Part shown: piece by piece, positions 1 to 9,237 of the stretch
Numbering within the stretch: position 1 is the stretch's first letter
Layout: every line of letters starts with the position of its first letter
Assembly: GCA_963727825.1 (NCBI GenBank)
Contig: CAVSHO010000009.1
Span: 932,428 to 996,427 of the forward strand
DNA: 64,000 bases
Source of the DNA: Ignavibacteriota bacterium
Lineage (GTDB): Bacteria > Bacteroidota > Ignavibacteria > UBA10030
Direction of reading: 5' to 3'
Made by a program: the position numbers and the translations under genes
The notes under the pieces: model-generated
What the model saw: only the letters and a program-made list of their open reading frames with translations
Told to the model about the DNA's origin: nothing
Databases searched by the model: none

Positions 1-1566
1 GCAAGATCAATTAAATCCTGCGCATCTTTTAATGCTTTTGCTGAATCGGCAGCTGTCGCTGTACTTGATAACCCTGACAATTTATATTGCCTAAAATCAG
101 CATCAGAATAATTCCCGCCGGTAATATCGGTGTTATTAAGGCTGAACGCCACCTGCGTTGTCCATTTAAACTTCTGATTATCAAATGCGATCAAGAGATC
201 TGTGCCCGCTACAAAATTATCAGCGGGATAATTACCATACTTAATAGAATTTGTGTCATCTGTGGCTTTGATTACACTGAAACCAAGCTGAAAATTTTCG
301 CCGCTGCCAAAACTTGGGCGGACAGCTAAGAATTTTCGGTCGTATGTTCCATCCGTATATGTTCGATATATCAATGTATCCATACCGCTAACGCTATTAT
401 AGCCGCCGCGCCCCTGAAAAACCGTTTCTTTCGGGCGTGCTGATGCCGTAGAAGAATCAGGATAATAAACTAATCCACCTAATGTCCCTTCAATAAAGCG
501 TTCCGTCTGACCGTAGGAAACATCAAGGTTGAAGAAACCTAATGTAAGCGCACCGGTAACACCGCGCACACGTTTGCCACTGATCATCAGCGACGGAAAC
601 ACCGGATACGCATCACCAACCTGAACTTTTGCATAATCTGCTGCCTGCACCGTAGCTAGGAACCGGTTTTGCGGCTGGCGATCGTCTGTGTTTTCATTTG
701 TCAGGTGCATATCGTACCCAAAAGTCAGGGATTGATATGTCCCATTGAGGCGAACATCTGCGCGTTGGTAGGTAGTGTTTGTGATATCTACTTTTTCATT
801 TCGTAATTCGAGTTGAGCGTTACCCATATATTGCAGCAGCGCTTTTCTCTTCTTCGATAGCAGCCTCCGTAGAAAGATTGAAGTCTGTTCGTTTCGTATA
901 GTAAATCTGTCCCTTACTGTCATATATTTCAATCGTAATCGAATGTGCACCTAAATTTAGTGGTTTGTTAAAATTCTTCGGGTTGTAGAGAATCACATCA
1001 TCAGAGAGCAAAGCTTCTTTTGTTACATCGGCACCATCGAGGTAAATACGTGTTCGTTGTTTATCAACTGCATCAGAAACAAACATTAATGATATAGCAA
1101 CTGCCAAATCTTCTGCAGCTAAAGTCTCTCCCGGCTCCGGGCTAAGTATGCGAACTTCTGCATCTTTCGGATTCACGCCTTCCACTGCGATCTTAATTGG
1201 ATTGACGTCAGGATTTTCGGATGGGTATGTTGCTTGTGTATTGTCTGCGAGTTGAAACCTGATATAGTACTCTATATAAGGTGGCATAACGGCATTAGCT
1301 GGCAAAGTAGCAACGGCTGTTCGACCGGCAAGCAGCATCTCGAGTTCTTTGTATTCCGTCTCACCAAATTGACGATAAAGGAGCAACACCCTTTGAATTT
1401 GGATATTCTGTGTCATCTCAACACTGATCGATAATGGTGTTTGTTGAGCAGCCGGTGGTACTTTAACATCAACCACGTATTGACTCACCTGTCCAACGGT
1501 GATAGAAAAAAACAGGACGGTAAGAAGGATTGATAACAGAATTTCGTCTTGGTGGGTGCGTTTCAT
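1..1566 (-). CDS. Large secreted/outer-membrane beta-barrel protein with N-terminal Ig-like domains; runs off the window start; single-base frameshift at 843-846
   Basis: ATG at 1566 after a GAGGGG RBS, with a signal peptide (MKRTHQDEILLSILLTVLFFSITVG). ORF 820-1647 stops at EEEKSAAAIYG*, but removing one A from AAAA gives EEEKALLQYMGNAQLELRNEKVDIT..., open to position 1, with amphipathic beta-strands (QVGDAYPVFPSLMISGKRVRGV, LGFFNLDVSYGQ). Confidence 0.7.
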
Positions 1567-1623
1567 AGGAATCCCCTCGTTATGAACGTCTAGTAATTTT
1601 CGATGATGACCACAGGAAAACAT

Positions 1624-1654
1624 AAAACGACGGGTGTATGCTCCCACCCGTCGT
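1624..1654 (-). terminator. Intrinsic terminator-like hairpin between the FecR-domain gene and the beta-barrel gene
   Basis: ACGACGGGTG-N8-CACCCGTCGT perfect 10-bp stem, followed by TTTT on the minus strand. Confidence 0.6.
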
Positions 1655-1709
1655 CCAATGTATTAAAAGCAATTATTTGATGCAAGACCTAATTGCAGCC
1701 AGGGTCAGA

Positions 1710-3398
1710 TTATTCATTCCATTTTAAGACGAGAACTTTTTTCTGTAACGACCCGGTTTGGCCCGGTATGCGAAGTTCACGCTGGATTGCCTGTACCGAT
1801 GTTGTCATCGGATTGGATGAACCATCTTGCGGTATAAATACTGTTGATCCATCGTCAAATCGTAGAGATGTATAATATTCCAACACCGGGAATCGGATCT
1901 TTTCCGCCGGAATTTGCCCTGTAGCCACTTGGCCGGATGTAGTGAGTATCAATTCCGTAAATGTAGGCTCATTCTGTTTTCGGTAAAAGAGACTGACGGC
2001 CGTGACATTTGCTTGAAGCGAAGAGAAGTCTACACTGACAGAACCGGAGCTTCTTGATTTCAAAGGACCAAAATTTGGAACAATTCTATTCAACGGAGGA
2101 ACACTTATGGACATAGGGTTCGAAGCGCCATCGCCGGGAAGCGTAACCTCTGTATTCAATGAATCTGCCAGATTGATGACGAAATAATAGTCAAGTTCCG
2201 GCGCGCGTACATCAGTCCCCGGCACTGTTCCAGTCGCGACCTTGTTGGAAAGCGTAAGTGCAAGCGATTTGAATGCGGCATCTCCACCACGACGGTACTT
2301 GAGTGTCACAGTATTCAGCTTTGGAGCGACCGAAGAAAGATCGAGGGTTGATTGTATATTCATAAAGGAATGGACTGGCGAAGGACTGAACACTGGCGTC
2401 GCGGTTATCGTCACAAGTCCTCCGGGGGCAGAAGAGACTGACTTGGCAACTGTTACCGAACCAGGCGCACCAGCACCGCCCGTTGGCAGAGTAATAGTAC
2501 GTGTTCCAATAGTTATTGCAAAATAATATTCCAATGCCGGACTTGCAACCGTTGCAGCGGGAATTTCGACCGAAGCAACGTTTCCATCTAACACCATTAC
2601 GAGTCGAGTGAAATTGGTAGTTCCTTTCGTGCGGTAGAAGAGCTTTACACCGGCAATGACAGTATCAGTGGAACTCAGATCCAGTTTTGCCGTTGTTGCA
2701 TTGCCCACCGATGGAATTGGATCAAAACCGATTGTGCCGGAGACTACAACATTTTTAATTGTTGGACCTTGTCCGCCGCCTTCTGCTGCTCCGTTTGCAA
2801 TATTATCAAGTTCTTTTTTATTTGCTTTGCGAAGATTAAGACCTCCTGAGCTGTCAGCAACTGCGGTATTTCCGGTGCTGACATGCGTGGAACGGCCGGA
2901 GATTGAATTCGTGAACTCTGCTAATCCATTAGAAATAGTAAAATAGTCTGCATTGCCGCCAGTATTATATCCACCTTCAGTGCCGCGAATAGATGCCACA
3001 GAGATAGGGGAAGAAAAACGAAATTGTTCAGTCTCCGCCTTTTTCACATTAAAGATCATATCTCCGCGATCCATGTAAACGCTTCGGCTGAGAATTTCTT
3101 TTCCTTGCACTTCGCCCTTGATGGTCACAATGGATTTCTCGCGGAGGATTAATTTTGACTGGTCTGCAAAAAGAATCATTGCTAAAGATCCTTTATCGGT
3201 CTGAACTTCATAACCAGATTTTAATTTGCTTAATGGTACAGCCTTTTGCCATGCTGTTGTAGGCGATTTCATATTTACATCCCGGATAACTTTCACGATG
3301 TAAGCTGAAATATCTTTCTTGTCCGGTTGTGTTTTCTGCCCCAGTGAAATTACACCAAGGAGTACCAATACATAGATAATAACAATCTTATTCTTCAT
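1710..3398 (-). CDS. Secreted FecR-domain protein with three tandem Ig-like repeats
   Basis: Signal peptide; FecR motifs (QTDKGSLAMILFADQSKLIL, FSSPISVASIRGT); three ~95-aa repeats of pattern LxYR..G...F..L.L......G.IP...V..P.L(E/D)YY. Confidence 0.75.
   Translation of the reverse strand: MKNKIVIIYVLVLLGVISLGQKTQPDKKDISAYIVKVIRDVNMKSPTTAWQKAVPLSKLKSGYEVQTDKGSLAMILFADQSKLILREKSIVTIKGEVQGKEILSRSVYMDRGDMIFNVKKAETEQFRFSSPISVASIRGTEGGYNTGGNADYFTISNGLAEFTNSISGRSTHVSTGNTAVADSSGGLNLRKANKKELDNIANGAAEGGGQGPTIKNVVVSGTIGFDPIPSVGNATTAKLDLSSTDTVIAGVKLFYRTKGTTNFTRLVMVLDGNVASVEIPAATVASPALEYYFAITIGTRTITLPTGGAGAPGSVTVAKSVSSAPGGLVTITATPVFSPSPVHSFMNIQSTLDLSSVAPKLNTVTLKYRRGGDAAFKSLALTLSNKVATGTVPGTDVRAPELDYYFVINLADSLNTEVTLPGDGASNPMSISVPPLNRIVPNFGPLKSRSSGSVSVDFSSLQANVTAVSLFYRKQNEPTFTELILTTSGQVATGQIPAEKIRFPVLEYYTSLRFDDGSTVFIPQDGSSNPMTTSVQAIQRELRIPGQTGSLQKKVLVLKWNE
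1794..2726 (-). repeat. Three tandem protein-level Ig-like repeats (aa ~225-317, 336-433, 443-535)
   Basis: VKLFYRTKG...PALEYYF; VTLKYRRGG...PELDYYF; VSLFYRKQN...PVLEYYT. Confidence 0.75.
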
Positions 3399-3416
3399 GG
3401 CTTTCTCCTTAGGCGT

Positions 3417-4579
3417 TTATTGGTTTTCAACACTAAGCTGAATCTTCAAGTCGGAACGGCTTGCAAGATCGTTTATCAGACTTTGTAGATCAGTCTGGGA
3501 CAATGTGCTGCCATCAAGCGTGATGTTTCCATAGGGTGACCATGCGATCCAATTATTAGGATCTGCCCGAAGTGTCGAATAGGTAGCAGACGCGGAACCG
3601 CTGAACGCATTCAAGAAATTATCTAACATTTGTCCAATTCTGTCATCGGAGATACGGAAGACAACCGGAAGACTTGATTGCATTACATTTCCACGATTCG
3701 TAGAAACTATCGCCTGTACCTGGAGAACATATGATTTATTCTGTGCGAGCTGACGTTGAGCATCGGAAGGATACGTGAGTGACATTTGGCCTGTCAACTA
3801 CGCACCAAACATGGATTTCCACCGGTCAGTGCATCCTGAGGAGATCGCTGCGTAGGCAACGCTTCATATACAGAAACTGTTACATTTGATTCGCTTGTCG
3901 TCCAGCTAAATGTCGGGGCAAGATTGTTAAAGAAACTTCCGTTTTTCGGATCGTTAATCTCGACAAACACTTCGTCTACAGTTGAAAATTGGACTGTGGT
4001 TGTCTTAGCGTCTTGACCTAAAACTTGAACATTGGTTGGAACACCCCTATCCGTCAATTTAATAGACGGGTAAGTAAGTACTTGCATAATAATAGTATAC
4101 TTACCCGGTGGTGCAGTTGGATTCTTTGCAGCCATATCTGTTAACCGCTGACGGAGTGGTCCGTTCTCAACATAAGTGTTCATACCGTCCCGGATATAAA
4201 TATTGCCGCTGCCGCCTTTTGCGAAATTATTTGCAGCAAGCACTGGGTTTCTAAGCATATCAAAATTATTTGTGTACAAATGCATCAATTCCTGATCGGC
4301 CTCACCACTAAGTTGGACATGTAATTCAACATAAACACATACTAATAATGTGTCTGGTGCTTTACCGATTGCAGACATGCTAAGAGAGATTCCGGAAATA
4401 TTCGGGTTCAATTGATTGTTTTTAATATCAACAAAATCAGTAAGATAGACGACATCGTACATCTGGAAATCTAAAGATGCTTTTACGGAATTGTTTTGAG
4501 CAAAGGCAGTCGAACAATTCAGCACAACGGCAAGAAAAACAATGCCGCTTAGTGCGATCTTATTCATAGTCCATTTCAT
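3417..4579 (-). CDS. Secreted beta-rich hypothetical protein, split by a one-base frameshift near 3796
   Basis: ATG at 4579 after AAGGAG; signal peptide ending TAFA. ORF ends GGNPCLVRS* and the overlapping frame continues LTGQMSLTYPSDAQRQL; adding one base at 3796-3797 fuses them. PTFSW and YVLQV resemble FN3/Ig strands. Confidence 0.6.
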
Positions 4580-4670
4580 GGTGCGTAACTCCTTTGTATT
4601 GTTTGTTTTATGCACTCATTATAGGCGATGGAGCAATAAAATACGTTGACAACTATCACACAGGAAGGAT

Positions 4671-5984
4671 TTAAAAATTTATAACATCATTATAAAGAAC
4701 GAACGCCATAAATACAAGCAGCAATATAAATCCTGCTTGTTGAAGAGCAATTTTTACTTTGCTGGGGACTTCCCGCCTGAATACAGCTTCATATACAAGA
4801 AAAACAAGGTGCCCGCCGTCAAGCGCAGGAAAGGGAAGAATGTTCAACAAAGCAAGACTGATACTTAATAAACCGATGAATCCGAAGAATTCCAATACAC
4901 CGTTGTCAGCAGACCTTTTTGCCAACTGAGCTATTTTAATAGGGCCGCCCATCGATTTACTTATTGAAACTTTTCCTGTCGCCATTTGATATAGATTGGA
5001 AAGAAAAAGAATGCTTGTTGTCTTCAATTCTCCAATACCAATCGGAAGAGCCTCAAATAAAGAATATTGCTTGTGAATAACAGGTCCCTCGTATGCACCC
5101 TCTAAAGCAATTCCGATTCGTCCTTCGGCAGTCGGTCTTACATGCGCGCTCATTTTCTGATTTCCGCGCGCCCAAGACAGCAAGATTTCTTTATCAGCAT
5201 TTGATCGAATTGCTTCTTGTAGTGAACCAAAGCTCACAGGCACCTCATTAACCGCAAGAATTGTATCTCCAGGCTGCAAGCCAATTCCCTCTGCAGGTTT
5301 TCCATGATCCACGATAGTAACAACTGACATAAGGCCTGATGGAAGAATACCAAACCGCTCTTCGGTAATATCCGGTAGTTCTGCATGATTGATCAAAATA
5401 TTGCTAATTATATTGGAACGACTCACTTGTATATTCAAATCGTTCGCCATTGATTCAGTATAAATCGTGCTTTCGATTTCATCCCACTGTTTCACAGGAT
5501 GATTGTTGATGGAAACGATTTTATCGCCAACGTGCAGCCCGGATTTTGCAGCAATACTATTTTGTGCTATGTACCCGATTTCTGTCACCGGACGAATCGT
5601 CTTACCTTCGTGAAAAATTATTCCCCAAAAAATGAAAACAGCAAGTAAAAGATTCATAATAACACCGGCGGAAATAACGATCATGCGCTGCCATATCGGT
5701 TTCGAACGGAACTCCCACGGCTGTGGTTCTTTATCTAAGAATTCTGTATCGAAGCTTTCGTCAATCATGCCGGCAATTTTCACATAACCGCCAATGGGAA
5801 TCCAGGATATACAGTAATCGGTCTCGCCTATTTTTTTACCAAACGCTCTCGGTGGAAAACCTAAACTGAAAGTGTCTACACGCATCTTAAAAAACTTGGC
5901 AGCAAGAAAATGTCCGAGTTCATGCACTAAAACGAGAATGCCAATTGTTATGATAAAATAAAATATCGTGCTTAATATCGCCAT
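4671..5984 (-). CDS. rseP: RIP metalloprotease RseP
   Basis: HELGH motif, two PDZ domains, NILPFPALDGG; adjacent to dxr. Confidence 0.97.
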   Translation of the reverse strand: MAILSTIFYFIITIGILVLVHELGHFLAAKFFKMRVDTFSLGFPPRAFGKKIGETDYCISWIPIGGYVKIAGMIDESFDTEFLDKEPQPWEFRSKPIWQRMIVISAGVIMNLLLAVFIFWGIIFHEGKTIRPVTEIGYIAQNSIAAKSGLHVGDKIVSINNHPVKQWDEIESTIYTESMANDLNIQVSRSNIISNILINHAELPDITEERFGILPSGLMSVVTIVDHGKPAEGIGLQPGDTILAVNEVPVSFGSLQEAIRSNADKEILLSWARGNQKMSAHVRPTAEGRIGIALEGAYEGPVIHKQYSLFEALPIGIGELKTTSILFLSNLYQMATGKVSISKSMGGPIKIAQLAKRSADNGVLEFFGFIGLLSISLALLNILPFPALDGGHLVFLVYEAVFRREVPSKVKIALQQAGFILLLVFMAFVLYNDVINF

Positions 5985-6023
5985 AAATTTAATTCACCTT
6001 TGACTAACTTTTAAAACTGCAAG

Positions 6024-7178
6024 TCACAATAAAGTTCGGACATACTCCCGTGTGTTATGATCGCTTTGAAACGTATGTTCAAGATCGGGCGAGACATGGT
6101 TCGTTTGTTTGGCAAGTGCCTGTTCAATTAATTCTGGAATTCTGTCAAATGAAATTTTCTTCTCTAAAAAAGCTTGCACTGCAATTTCGTTAGCAGCATT
6201 CATAACGGCAGGAGCAGTCCCACCCGATGCCATCGCGTCGTATGCTAATTGCAGGCAGCGGAATTTATTGAGGTCAGGCGCAAAAAATGTCATCGATTGC
6301 AACTTTGGAAAATCTATACGGCTTTCTCTCATTGGACATCGTTCTGGATATGTTAATGCATATTGAATTGGAAGCTTCATGTCCGGCACGCCAAGCTGCG
6401 CTTTTATGGAACCATCCACGAACTCTACCATTGAATGGATAATTGACTGCGGGTGAATCACAACATCAATACGTTCTGCTGGTATGCCGAATAACCAGTG
6501 GGCTTCTATAACTTCCAACCCCTTGTTCATCAACGTGGCGGAGTCGATTGTAATCTTATTTCCCATTTTCCAATTAGGGTGATTCAATGCTTGTTCAATT
6601 GTAATAGAGGCGAATGCATCTTTAGGTGTATTTAAAAGTGGTCCACCGGATGCAGTTAGGATAATTCTGCTCGCACTATTTCGATCTTCACCGACAAGGC
6701 ATTGTAAAATAGCACTGTGTTCACTATCGATCGGAACAAGATTTACCCTGTATTCTTTGACTAATGAAGTAATAAATTCTCCGGCAACGACAAGTGTTTC
6801 TTTATTCGCAAGTGCAATGTGTTTTCTATGTTTGATTGCCTCAATTGTCGGTTTCAATCCAGCAAATCCGACAATCGAATTGATGACTAAATCAACATCG
6901 TCCTGGCGTACAATTTCCAGTAATCCTTCGCGGCCGGCAAATACTTTTACCGAATCACCAACTTTTGACTTTAACGCTGCAGCTTTAATTTCGTCTAAAA
7001 CTACAACACCGCGTGGATGGAAATTCGCAATCTGGTTTTGGAGCAGCTCGATGTTGGTGTTAGTTGTAAGATAGGTAATACTGAATCTGTCTGAAAGATT
7101 ATGAATTACCGAAAGACAATTCCGGCCAATAGAGCCGGTCGAACCAAGGATAGCAATATGCTTTGAATTCTGACTCAT
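6024..7178 (-). CDS. dxr: 1-deoxy-D-xylulose-5-phosphate reductoisomerase
   Basis: LGSTGSIG, LANKE, PIDSEHSA, HPNWKMG, DSATLMNKGLEVIEA. Confidence 0.98.
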   Translation of the reverse strand: MSQNSKHIAILGSTGSIGRNCLSVIHNLSDRFSITYLTTNTNIELLQNQIANFHPRGVVVLDEIKAAALKSKVGDSVKVFAGREGLLEIVRQDDVDLVINSIVGFAGLKPTIEAIKHRKHIALANKETLVVAGEFITSLVKEYRVNLVPIDSEHSAILQCLVGEDRNSASRIILTASGGPLLNTPKDAFASITIEQALNHPNWKMGNKITIDSATLMNKGLEVIEAHWLFGIPAERIDVVIHPQSIIHSMVEFVDGSIKAQLGVPDMKLPIQYALTYPERCPMRESRIDFPKLQSMTFFAPDLNKFRCLQLAYDAMASGGTAPAVMNAANEIAVQAFLEKKISFDRIPELIEQALAKQTNHVSPDLEHTFQSDHNTREYVRTLL

Positions 7179-7306
7179 GTTGTGATTTCAAGGTAATCAA
7201 AATCGTTAGGCATGTCAAGGAAGGCAATTTTCACAAGTCACCACCGCAAATCGAACTTGTTTTTTGTATATTGACGAAGAACAAATTATATAGTCGAAAG
7301 TAAAAT

Positions 7307-9142
7307 GTGAAAATTGAAAATAATATTAAAATAATATTCCTATTTGGGATTCTCGCGTTTTCCCAGTTCGCCCGTACACAAGACACAGATAAACTAGCAA
7401 AGCTTCGTCTAGCACAAGGATTTGAAGAAACTGGCGAATGGGAACGAGCAGTAGCTCTCTACGAAGACCTCAGCAGGTTAGAACCGAATAATTATTTATT
7501 TCTTGATGGGCTCCAGCGCAGTTATATGCAAATCAAAGAGTATGGCAAAGCTATCAACGTTATTCGCCGATGGCTAATCTTTCAACCGGGAGATATGAAT
7601 AAAATGACAGCGCTCGGCGGACTTTATTATGACGCTGGTAATGAAGCAGCTGCAGACTCCGTATGGAAATCAGTCATAGCGATTGACCCGCATAACATAC
7701 AAATTTATCGAATTGTCGCCAATGAAATGTTGCAGCATCGCATGTATGATCAATGTATCAAAACTTATCTTAATGGGCGTTCGATCAGTAAGAATAAGGC
7801 GATATTTGCAGATGAATTAGGGAATCTTTACGCCGCACTTCAGCAGTACATATCTGCATCAAAAGAATATATACGCTTGATAAAAACAACACCGGAGCAA
7901 TTGCCTCTTGTTCAATCGCGTCTCAGTGCATTTACTGCTAAACCGGAAGGCATAAGTGCAGCTTCCGAGACAGTTATGGATGAATTGAAAAACTCGCCGG
8001 ATAATATTGCTTTGCATCGATTGTATGCGTGGCTTTTGTCGGAGGAACGACGCTATGACGCAGCGTTGGAGCAATATCGAATCATAGATCGTCTCTCTAA
8101 CGCGAACGGCAACGAACTGTTCAATTTTGCCCAGCAGATTCATCAGGAGCGAGAATATAAAACTGCGGCGGAAGCATTCAAAGAAATTATTAACAAATAT
8201 CAAAATTCTCAGATTTTATCGTATGCGCGTTTCGGTTATGCTCGATCGCTTGAAGAACTGGTTGCTCTGCCAGATACAACTATGTCATTATCAGAATCGC
8301 AACTGACGTACAATATTCCGATTCAACTATACGAAACGATTGCTGCTGAACATGCGAATCCCGATCTCGCCGCTCAATCGTTGTATCGCATAGGCGTTAT
8401 AAAATTTGACAAACTCTTCGACCTCAATGGTGCTCTTAATGCATTCAATCGATTGAAGGATGTACCGTTAACATCGAATATTTCTAATGATGCTTTGCTA
8501 AAGATAGGTGATATACAAATTGCGCGGAACGATCTTGCTGCGGCACGAAAAGAATATGATCGGCTTAGCAAGATTTCGATTGTAGTGTATCAAGACCAAG
8601 CGTCATTCAAATTAGCGGAGTTGGATTACTTTGAGGCGAAGTTCGATTCGGCGCTATCAATTCTGAAGCGGTTCAATGCAAATCCTAATACTGATTTTAC
8701 GAATGACGCGTTGCAACTGCAATACTTTATTCAAGAAAACAACATATCTGCACCGGAAGCACTGATGGAATTTGCCAAAGCTGATTTGTTAATGCGCCAG
8801 CGCAAATACTCAGAGTCGCTTGTTCAGTTTCAAGATATTGCCAAACACTATTCAACGGCATTATTGGTAGATGATGCGATGATGAAGATTGGTAAACTGT
8901 ATCTTTTATTGAAACGTCCGAATGAAGCAATAACGGCATTCAGTTTTATTGCCGACTCAATTCAGTTAAGTATTCTCAAAGATCGCGCACAATTTAAAAT
9001 AGCGGAAATTTGTCAGACAGTTTTAAACAATAAAGCGCGAGCAATTGACGGCTATGAAAAATTGCTATCGCAATTTCCCAACTCTCTTTATGCAGAAGAA
9101 TCTCGGAAAAGAATACGGTTGTTGAGAGGAGATAATCTATAA
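7307..9142 (+). CDS. Secreted tetratricopeptide-repeat protein
   Basis: Signal peptide and many TPR-like helical repeats ending YEKLLSQFPNSLYAEESRKRIR. Confidence 0.85.
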   Translation: MKIENNIKIIFLFGILAFSQFARTQDTDKLAKLRLAQGFEETGEWERAVALYEDLSRLEPNNYLFLDGLQRSYMQIKEYGKAINVIRRWLIFQPGDMNKMTALGGLYYDAGNEAAADSVWKSVIAIDPHNIQIYRIVANEMLQHRMYDQCIKTYLNGRSISKNKAIFADELGNLYAALQQYISASKEYIRLIKTTPEQLPLVQSRLSAFTAKPEGISAASETVMDELKNSPDNIALHRLYAWLLSEERRYDAALEQYRIIDRLSNANGNELFNFAQQIHQEREYKTAAEAFKEIINKYQNSQILSYARFGYARSLEELVALPDTTMSLSESQLTYNIPIQLYETIAAEHANPDLAAQSLYRIGVIKFDKLFDLNGALNAFNRLKDVPLTSNISNDALLKIGDIQIARNDLAAARKEYDRLSKISIVVYQDQASFKLAELDYFEAKFDSALSILKRFNANPNTDFTNDALQLQYFIQENNISAPEALMEFAKADLLMRQRKYSESLVQFQDIAKHYSTALLVDDAMMKIGKLYLLLKRPNEAITAFSFIADSIQLSILKDRAQFKIAEICQTVLNNKARAIDGYEKLLSQFPNSLYAEESRKRIRLLRGDNL

Positions 9143-9145
9143 AAT

Positions 9146-9177
9146 ACAAAAAGCTCAGATTGCTTTGAGCCTTTTGT
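9146..9177. terminator. Bidirectional terminator-like hairpin between convergent genes
   Basis: ACAAAAAGCTCA-N8-TGAGCCTTTTGT (one mismatch). Confidence 0.55.
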
Positions 9178-9204
9178 TGACAGTTGTTCTTTTCGTAATG
9201 CCCT

Positions 9205-9232
9205 GTAGAGACGTTTAATTAAACGTCTCTAC
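9205..9232. repeat. GTAG-family REP-like perfect palindrome
   Basis: GTAGAGACGTTTAATTAAACGTCTCTAC, 28-bp perfect inverted repeat starting with GTAG, just downstream of the hydA stop. Confidence 0.65.
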
Positions 9233-9237
9233 CATGG

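Noticed and set aside
87-2946. Plus-strand ORFs 87-329, 1234-1434, 1693-1875, 2242-2526, 2656-2946
   Set aside because: Antisense shadows of well-supported minus-strand genes; the same applies to most short ORFs overlapping larger genes across the window.
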